Below, in pieces: positions 1 to 4,772 of a stretch of 4,772 nucleotides of DNA. Below the pieces are notes generated by a model that saw only the letters and a program-made list of their open reading frames with translations, ran no database searches and had not been told where the DNA came from. The stretch lies in IMG/VR virus record IMGVR_UViG_2671180433_000007. The stretch is one strand, 5' to 3'. Both the position numbers and the translations under genes were made by a program. This DNA is from a virus (lineage: Duplodnaviria > Heunggongvirae > Uroviricota > Caudoviricetes). Position 1 is the stretch's first letter; every line of letters begins with the position of its first letter.

Positions 1-150
1 GCTTTCTACTGGCGGTTTGTGGAAATGGGGACCGTGAATATGCCACCGCACCCGTTTGTGCGTCCGGCGTTTGATGTGCGCAGTGAACAGGCAGCTCAGG
101 TGGCGATTGCGCGGATGAACCGGGCCATTGATGAGGTACTGAGACGATGA
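1..150 (+). CDS. 3-prime end of an upstream phage tail/neck gene (possibly HK97 gp10-like family), 5-prime truncated by window edge
   Basis: Frame 1 is open from position 1 to TGA at 148-150 and translates to AFYWRFVEMGTVNMPPHPFVRPAFDVRSEQAAQVAIARMNRAIDEVLRR. The stop overlaps the next start (ATGA at 147-150). Family assignment rests on position in the tail operon and recall of motifs, not a search. Confidence 0.6.
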   Translation, partial: AFYWRFVEMGTVNMPPHPFVRPAFDVRSEQAAQVAIARMNRAIDEVLRR

Positions 151-491
151 CGGAGGCGGATTTGTATCCTCATCTGGCGCATCTTGCCGGCGGGCAGGTG
201 TACCCGTATGTGGTCCCCCTGCTGGATGGCAGGCCGTCGGTGGCGCTTCCGTGGGTGGTTTTCAGCCTGATTTCATCGGTGTCAGCGGACGTGATGGGCG
301 GGCAGGCGGAGTCCTCAGTGTCGGTGCAGATCGACGTTTATGCCGGGACAGTGACGCAGGCGCGTCAGATACGTCAGGACGCCCGTGAAGCCATAATGCT
401 GCTGGCCCCGGGATCCGTCAGTGAAATGCAGGACTATATTCCGGAAAACCGCTGTTACCGTGCAACCCTGGAGTTTCAGGTCACGGTGTGA
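147..491 (+). CDS. tail completion / tail terminator-like protein (114 aa), functional analogue of the gene immediately upstream of the major tail gene in lambdoid phages
   Basis: Complete ORF in the track (MTEADLYPHLAHLAGG...EFQVTV). ATG overlaps the upstream stop (ATGA), indicating translational coupling. It sits directly upstream of the major tail gene and is of typical size. Function is inferred from synteny. Confidence 0.8.
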   Translation: MTEADLYPHLAHLAGGQVYPYVVPLLDGRPSVALPWVVFSLISSVSADVMGGQAESSVSVQIDVYAGTVTQARQIRQDAREAIMLLAPGSVSEMQDYIPENRCYRATLEFQVTV

Positions 492-519
492 CTTTTTCTT
501 TTTTTCTACAAAACCCATA

Positions 520-541
520 CCCCGCCGCGTGCGGGTTTTTT
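520..541 (+). terminator. putative intrinsic terminator / RNA hairpin between tail completion gene and major tail gene
   Basis: GC stem CCCGC (521-525) pairs with GCGGG (531-535) around loop CGCGT, followed by T-tract 536-541. The major tail RBS AGGAGG (548-553) and ATG 558 lie just downstream. Confidence 0.5.
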
Positions 542-557
542 ATTATCAGGAGGCAGA

Positions 558-1274
558 ATGTCTGCTTTGTATGAACGCTCACAGCTGACGCAGGTGATGA
601 TTTCATCTGCCCCGGCGACTGCTGAAACTATGGATAAGGCGGAATATCTGCGCCTGGACTGCACCATCAAGGAAGTGCAGTTCACCGCCGGGCAGAAACA
701 GGATATTGATGTGACCACGCTCTGCTCCACAGAGCAGGAGAACATCAACGGTCTGGGGGCGTCGTCCGAGATTTCCATGTCGGGTAATTTTTATCTGAAT
801 CAGGCCCAGAACGCCCTGCGTGATGCCTATGACAATGACACGGTGTATGCGTTTAAGGTGCAGTTTCCGTCCGGTAAGGGCTTTAAGTTCCTGGCGGAAG
901 TGCGTCAGCACACCTGGTCATCCGGTACCAACGGCGTGGTGGCTGCAACGTTCTCACTTCGCCTGAAGGGTAAACCGGTGTCCTATGTGGTACCGCTGGC
1001 GTTTGTGAAAAATCCGGAGAAGACACTTACCGTGAATACCGGTGCGCTGCTGACAATGTCAGTCAGTGTCAACGGGGGAACGCCGCCTTATAAACACGCC
1101 TGGAAGAAGGATGGTCAGCCGGTAGAGGGACAGACTACTGACACTTTCAGTAAAGCCAATGCGCAGTCAGGTGATAAGGGGGCTTATACCTGCGAGGTAA
1201 CGGATTCTGCAGAACAGCCGCAGAGCATTACCTCTGATGCGTGTACAGTAACGGTTAATGGTGCGGGCGGATAA
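558..1274 (+). CDS. major tail (tube) protein, lambda gpV-like N-terminal domain plus C-terminal Ig-like domain
   Basis: 238-aa ORF preceded by AGGAGG at 548-553. The segment DTVYAFKVQFPSGKGFKFLAEVRQHTWSSG resembles the lambda gpV core motif (AYKIRFPNG...). The C-terminal ~80 aa carry Ig-like hallmarks (W in KHAWKKDG; Y-x-C in GAYTCEVTD). Confidence 0.9.
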   Translation: MSALYERSQLTQVMISSAPATAETMDKAEYLRLDCTIKEVQFTAGQKQDIDVTTLCSTEQENINGLGASSEISMSGNFYLNQAQNALRDAYDNDTVYAFKVQFPSGKGFKFLAEVRQHTWSSGTNGVVAATFSLRLKGKPVSYVVPLAFVKNPEKTLTVNTGALLTMSVSVNGGTPPYKHAWKKDGQPVEGQTTDTFSKANAQSGDKGAYTCEVTDSAEQPQSITSDACTVTVNGAGG

Positions 1275-1279
1275 GGCTT

Positions 1280-1654
1280 ATGGCAAAAGATCTGAAAACA
1301 CTGGCGCTGGCCAGACTGTCGGGGTTCCGTCATAAAACGGTGAAGGTGCCGGAATGGGGAAATGTCAGCGTGGTGCTGCGGGAGCCTTCGGCAGAGGCCT
1401 GGTATCTGTGGCAGGAAGTGCTCAATGGTGATGGAGAGGATGACGATACCCTGTCGGTGGTGGCGAAAACCCGCCGTAACCTGGAAGCGGATGTGACGCT
1501 GTTCTGCGATGTCCTGTGTGATACGGATCTGCAGCGGGTGTTCACTCCGGACGACCGTGAGCAGGTGCTGGCCGTCTATGGTCCGGTACATGCCCGGTTG
1601 CTGCGTCAGGCACTGGAACTGATCGCTGATGCAGAGTCGGCCAGAAAAAAGTAG
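1280..1654 (+). CDS. tail assembly chaperone (lambda gpG functional analogue)
   Basis: 124-aa acidic ORF immediately after the major tail gene. It ends ...ESARKK with the slippery heptamer A_AAA_AAG at 1645-1651 directly before its TAG stop (1652-1654). This is the conserved G/GT arrangement between major tail and tape measure genes. Confidence 0.88.
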   Translation: MAKDLKTLALARLSGFRHKTVKVPEWGNVSVVLREPSAEAWYLWQEVLNGDGEDDDTLSVVAKTRRNLEADVTLFCDVLCDTDLQRVFTPDDREQVLAVYGPVHARLLRQALELIADAESARKK

Positions 1655-1959
1655 CCCGCCCGGAAATTCGCTTTCTGATGCGACTTGCACTCCGTCTGGG
1701 GCGCACCTTATCCGAACTGGGCCACAGTCTGAGTGCGAGCGAGGCGATGATGTGGATGGAGTTCGACAGGGTGTCTCCGCTGGGCGATGAGCGCGGGGAT
1801 ATCCGTAATGCGCAGATCGTGAAAGCGGTTTTCGGGGCGCAGGGGATGAATGTTGCACTGGAGGACGCCATGCTCTGCTGGGGCGAGGATGAGGACAAGC
1901 CGGAGGTGGATCCGTTTGCGGCGCTGGAAGACGCGCTGAGCCTTGCAGCAATGTCATAA
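1280..1959 (+). CDS. tail assembly chaperone G-T fusion made by -1 frameshift at 1645-1651 (predicted ~226 aa)
   Basis: Predicted junction peptide is ...ESARKK-VARPEIRFL-MRLALRLGRTLSEL... The -1 frame is open from the slip site to TAA at 1957-1959. The T segment (track ORF 1678-1959) has no convincing RBS of its own. Confidence 0.7.
1645..1651 (+). promoter_or_regulatory. -1 programmed ribosomal frameshift slippery heptamer A_AAA_AAG
   Basis: Zero-frame codons are AAA (1646-1648) and AAG (1649-1651). A -1 slip puts ribosomes into the frame that is open through the T ORF to the stop at 1957-1959. G is in frame 2 and T in frame 1, i.e. exactly -1. Confidence 0.75.
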
Positions 1960-1968
1960 ATAATGATG

Positions 1969-1994
1969 AAAACCTGCTGTGGCAGGTTTTTTTT
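1969..1994 (+). terminator. putative intrinsic terminator between T segment and tape measure gene
   Basis: Stem AAAACCTGC (1969-1977) pairs with GCAGGTTTT (1982-1990) around loop TGTG (1978-1981), followed by a run of 8 T (1987-1994). RBS GGAG (1999-2002) and ATG 2011 follow. Confidence 0.6.
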
Positions 1995-2010
1995 GCCCGG
2001 AGAAAGGTGA

Positions 2011-2808
2011 ATGGCGACGTTACGTGAACTGATTATCAAAATTTCGGCAAATTCGCAGTCATTCCAGTCGGAGATCCAGCGGGCTTCCCGTATGGGCAGT
2101 GAATATTACCGGACCCTGCAGAATGGCGGGCGTCAGGCCGCTGCGGCAGCCCGGGAGCAGCGACGTGCCCTGGCAGAACTGAACAGCCAGTTGACGGAAA
2201 TTCGCGCTTCGGCTGTCGGAATGGCTGGCGCATTTGCCGGTGCCTTTGCCACCGGACACCTGATTTCACTGGCTGATGAGTGGAGTTCCGTGAATGCCCG
2301 TCTGAAACAGGCATCACAGTCATCCGATGAATTTTCGTCATCACAGAAAGTGCTGATGGATATCAGTCAGCGGACAGGTACCGCTTTTTCGGATAATGCG
2401 GCCCTGTTTGCCCGTTCGGCTGCCTCGATGCGTGAATATGGTTACAGTGCTGATGATGTGCTGAAGGTGACGGAGGCCATTTCCACGGGGCTGAAAATCT
2501 CCGGTGCCAGTACGGCTGAGGCGGGTTCGGTGATCACCCAGTTCAGCCAGGCGCTGGCACAGGGTGTGTTGCGCGGTGAGGAATTTAATTCGGTCAATGA
2601 AAGCGGAGACCGGATCATTCGTGCACTGGCTGCGGGTATGGGCGTGGCCCGTAAAGACCTTAAGGCGATGGCGGACGACGGCAAACTGACGGCGGATAAA
2701 GTCGTGCCCGCGTTAATCAACGGGTGTTCACTCCGGACGACCGTGAGCAGGTGCTGGCCGTCTATGGTCCGGTACATGCCCGGTTGCTGCGTCAGGCACT
2801 GGAACTGA
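2011..2808 (+). CDS. truncated duplicate of tape measure protein N-terminus with chimeric out-of-frame tail; probable pseudogene or remnant
   Basis: Start and RBS are identical to the downstream tape measure gene at 3197. The first ~236 codons (to ...KVVPALI, about 2718) match it exactly. At the duplication junction (2720/2721) translation enters the duplicated G segment out of frame, giving 29 unrelated residues (NGCSLRTTVSRCWPSMVRYMPGCCVRHWN) before the stop at 2806-2808. Confidence 0.6.
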   Translation: MATLRELIIKISANSQSFQSEIQRASRMGSEYYRTLQNGGRQAAAAAREQRRALAELNSQLTEIRASAVGMAGAFAGAFATGHLISLADEWSSVNARLKQASQSSDEFSSSQKVLMDISQRTGTAFSDNAALFARSAASMREYGYSADDVLKVTEAISTGLKISGASTAEAGSVITQFSQALAQGVLRGEEFNSVNESGDRIIRALAAGMGVARKDLKAMADDGKLTADKVVPALINGCSLRTTVSRCWPSMVRYMPGCCVRHWN

Positions 2809-2840
2809 TCGCTGATGCAGAGTCGGCCAGAAAAAAGTAG
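2721..2840 (+). pseudogene. start-less duplicate of tail assembly chaperone G C-terminus (last 40 codons) with second slippery site at 2831-2837
   Basis: Frame 3 encodes RVFTPDDREQVLAVYGPVHARLLRQALELIADAESARKK followed by stop, identical to the G C-terminus. That frame has a TAA at 2697-2699 and no ATG between it and the fragment, so there is no evident initiation. Confidence 0.6.
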
Positions 2841-2863
2841 CCCGCCCGGAAATTCGCTTTCTG

Positions 2864-3145
2864 ATGCGACTTGCGCTCCGTCTGGGGCGCACCTTATCCG
2901 AACTGCGGCACAGCCTGAGTGCGAGCGAGGCGATGATGTGGATGGAGTTCGACAGGGTATCCCCGCTGGGTGATGAGCGCGGGGATATCCGTAATGCACA
3001 GATCGTGAAAGCGGTTTTTGGGGCACAGGGGATGAATGTTGCACTGAAGGACGCCATGCTCTGCTGGGGCGAGGATGAGGACAAGCCGGAGGTGGATCCG
3101 TTTGCGGCGCTGGAAGACGCGCTGAGCCTTGCAGCAATGTCATAA
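2864..3145 (+). CDS. orphan second copy of T segment (93-aa ORF); expression doubtful
   Basis: Intact ORF, 91 of 93 residues identical to the T segment at 1678-1959 (G15R, E62K). It lacks an upstream in-frame G to fuse with and has no recognisable RBS. Confidence 0.4.
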   Translation: MRLALRLGRTLSELRHSLSASEAMMWMEFDRVSPLGDERGDIRNAQIVKAVFGAQGMNVALKDAMLCWGEDEDKPEVDPFAALEDALSLAAMS

Positions 3146-3154
3146 ATAATGATG

Positions 3155-3180
3155 AAAACCTGCTGTGGCAGGTTTTTTTT
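3155..3180 (+). terminator. putative intrinsic terminator, duplicate of 1969-1994
   Basis: Identical hairpin plus T-tract at offset 1186; precedes RBS and ATG 3197 of the tape measure gene. Confidence 0.6.
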
Positions 3181-3196
3181 GCCCGGAGAAAGGTGA

Positions 3197-4772
3197 ATGG
3201 CGACGTTACGTGAACTGATTATCAAAATTTCGGCAAATTCGCAGTCATTCCAGTCGGAGATCCAGCGGGCTTCCCGTATGGGCAGTGAATATTACCGGAC
3301 CCTGCAGAATGGCGGGCGTCAGGCCGCTGCGGCAGCCCGGGAGCAGCGACGTGCCCTGGCAGAACTGAACAGCCAGTTGACGGAAATTCGCGCTTCGGCT
3401 GTCGGAATGGCTGGCGCATTTGCCGGTGCCTTTGCCACCGGACACCTGATTTCACTGGCTGATGAGTGGAGTTCCGTGAATGCCCGTCTGAAACAGGCAT
3501 CACAGTCATCCGATGAATTTTCGTCATCACAGAAAGTGCTGATGGATATCAGTCAGCGGACAGGTACCGCTTTTTCGGATAATGCGGCCCTGTTTGCCCG
3601 TTCGGCTGCCTCGATGCGTGAATATGGTTACAGTGCTGATGATGTGCTGAAGGTGACGGAGGCCATTTCCACGGGGCTGAAAATCTCCGGTGCCAGTACG
3701 GCTGAGGCGGGTTCGGTGATCACCCAGTTCAGCCAGGCGCTGGCACAGGGTGTGTTGCGCGGTGAGGAATTTAATTCGGTCAATGAAAGCGGAGACCGGA
3801 TCATTCGTGCACTGGCTGCGGGTATGGGCGTGGCCCGTAAAGACCTTAAGGCGATGGCGGACGACGGCAAACTGACGGCGGATAAAGTCGTTCCTGCGTT
3901 AATCAGCCAGCTGGGGACATTGCGTGATGAATATGCCGCCATGCCGGAAACGGTTTCCAGTAGTATCACGAAGGTGGAAAACGCCTTTATGGCCTGGGTG
4001 GGCGGTGCGAATGAGGCCAGCGGGGTGACGAAAACGCTCTCCGGTGCGCTGAACGGTGTTGCCGGCAATATTGATAATGTGGCCGCGGCAGCAGGTGTGC
4101 TGGTTGCTGTCGGGGTTGCACGCTACTTTGGCAATATGGCCTCCGGAGCGATGTCTGCCACGGCAGGACTTGTGACGGCTGCACGTAATGAAGTTGCACT
4201 GGCGGAAGCACAGTTCAGGGGAACGCAGATTGCCACGGCGCGGGCAAGGGCAGCCGTGTACCGTGCTCAGCAGGCCGTGGCGGCAGCCCGCGGGACGGAG
4301 ATGCAGATTGCAGCAGAGGCCCGTCTGGCGGCCACACAGGAACGCCTGAACAGAAATATTGCTGCCAGAACCGCCGCCCAGAATGCGCTGAACAGTACAA
4401 CGGCGGTGGGCTCACGTCTGATGAGCGGTGCGCTGGGACTGGTTGGAGGCGTACCCGGACTGGTGATGCTGGGAGCTGCCGCATGGTACACGCTGTACCA
4501 GAATCAGGAACAGGCCAGGGAGTCTGCGCGCCAGTATGCACTGACGATAGATGAAATCGCGCATAAAACGCCATCAATGTCTCTGCCTGAAGCCTCAGAT
4601 AACGAAGGGCGAACACGGGAGGCGCTGACAGAGCAAAACCGGCTGATTGATGAGCAGGCCAGCCGGGTGAAATCCCTGCAGGAAAAAATCGCCGGGTATC
4701 AGTATGTGCTGGCGAACCCGGGCTGGACGACCGGTGACGGATTCATGATAAACCATCTGACCTCGGTGAAGA
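3197..4772 (+). CDS. tail tape measure protein, 3-prime partial (runs off window end)
   Basis: ATG 3197 is preceded by GGAG. Codon-by-codon reading shows frame 2 open to position 4772 (over 525 codons). The product is Ala/Gln/Arg-rich with long helical segments and two hydrophobic stretches, typical of tape measure proteins, and sits directly after G/GT. Confidence 0.9.
   Translation, partial: MATLRELIIKISANSQSFQSEIQRASRMGSEYYRTLQNGGRQAAAAAREQRRALAELNSQLTEIRASAVGMAGAFAGAFATGHLISLADEWSSVNARLKQASQSSDEFSSSQKVLMDISQRTGTAFSDNAALFARSAASMREYGYSADDVLKVTEAISTGLKISGASTAEAGSVITQFSQALAQGVLRGEEFNSVNESGDRIIRALAAGMGVARKDLKAMADDGKLTADKVVPALISQLGTLRDEYAAMPETVSSSITKVENAFMAWVGGANEASGVTKTLSGALNGVAGNIDNVAAAAGVLVAVGVARYFGNMASGAMSATAGLVTAARNEVALAEAQFRGTQIATARARAAVYRAQQAVAAARGTEMQIAAEARLAATQERLNRNIAARTAAQNALNSTTAVGSRLMSGALGLVGGVPGLVMLGAAAWYTLYQNQEQARESARQYALTIDEIAHKTPSMSLPEASDNEGRTREALTEQNRLIDEQASRVKSLQEKIAGYQYVLANPGWTTGDGFMINHLTSVK

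Larger units (their letters stand above)
1535..2720. repeat. direct tandem repeat, copy 1 (1186 bp): G C-terminus, slippery site, T segment, terminator, tape measure N-terminus
   Basis: Aligns base-for-base with 2721-3906 at offset 1186, with 14 mismatches (copy 1 positions 1689, 1720, 1722, 1728, 1773, 1776, 1785, 1812, 1833, 1839, 1861, 2706, 2709, 2720). Confidence 0.95.
2721..3906. repeat. direct tandem repeat, copy 2 (1186 bp)
   Basis: Same alignment as copy 1. Identical minus-strand track ORFs at 2036-2344 and 3222-3530 and at 2059-2259 and 3245-3445 independently confirm the repeat. Confidence 0.95.

Noticed and set aside
488-557. Sigma-70 promoter for the major tail gene in the 491-557 intergenic region (T-rich tract 492-507, weak TTGACA-like GTGACT at 488-493)
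   Set aside because: No convincing -10 hexamer at proper spacing. The region is better explained by the hairpin/T-tract and RBS, and phage late genes are usually driven from a distant upstream late promoter.
1184-1957. Long minus-strand ORF (257 aa), and similar minus-strand ORFs at 315-518, 506-778, 603-911, 1330-1545, 1542-2039, 2442-3143, 2728-3225, 3628-4068, 3987-4211, 4215-4616, 4267-4491
   Set aside because: All are antisense to well-supported + strand phage structural genes and give Pro/Arg/Ser/Ala-rich low-complexity products typical of spurious ORFs opposite GC-rich coding sequence. None has a credible RBS or an operon-consistent position. The duplicated ones simply reflect the tandem repeat.
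2724-2840. GTG at 2724 as an alternative start rescuing the duplicated G fragment
   Set aside because: No Shine-Dalgarno sequence upstream, and it lies within the out-of-frame tail of the truncated tape measure ORF. It would make only a 39-aa peptide.
2864-3145. T copy 2 as an independently expressed functional gene
   Set aside because: Not fully rejected (listed as a low-confidence feature), but there is no RBS upstream of ATG 2864 and its natural expression mode (frameshift fusion to G) is unavailable because the upstream G fragment has no start.
1535-3906. Diversity-generating retroelement (template and variable repeat) as the explanation for two near-identical copies with clustered mismatches
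   Set aside because: The mismatches are not adenine-specific (changes include G/C, T/C, C/T, G/A and G/T), the repeat is 1.2 kb and tandem, and no reverse transcriptase is present in the window.
1535-3906. CRISPR array or insertion sequence / transposon
   Set aside because: Only two copies of a 1186-bp unit with no short repeat-spacer periodicity. No terminal inverted repeats, target-site duplications or transposase ORF.

Overview
The window is one co-directional (+ strand) tail-morphogenesis module of a lambda/HK97-like siphovirus, most likely a prophage. In order: the 3-prime end of an upstream tail/neck gene (1-150); a tail completion/terminator-like gene (147-491); a hairpin plus T-tract (520-541); a lambda gpV-like major tail protein with a C-terminal Ig-like domain (558-1274); tail assembly chaperone G (1280-1654) with a canonical -1 frameshift heptamer A_AAA_AAG (1645-1651) leading into the T segment (to 1959); a second hairpin/T-tract (1969-1994); then the tape measure gene. 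The unusual feature is a 1186-bp direct tandem duplication (copy 1 = 1535-2720, copy 2 = 2721-3906) covering the G C-terminus, slippery site, T segment, terminator and the first ~236 codons of the tape measure gene. It leaves a truncated chimeric tape-measure ORF (2011-2808), a start-less G fragment (2721-2840), an orphan T ORF (2864-3145), and a second, apparently full tape measure gene starting at 3197 that runs off the window end. The two copies differ at 14 positions, clustered non-randomly (11 in a ~175-bp stretch of T, 3 at the unit's 3-prime edge). All family assignments are from reading the translations; no database search was run. The duplication could also be an assembly artefact and needs read-level confirmation.
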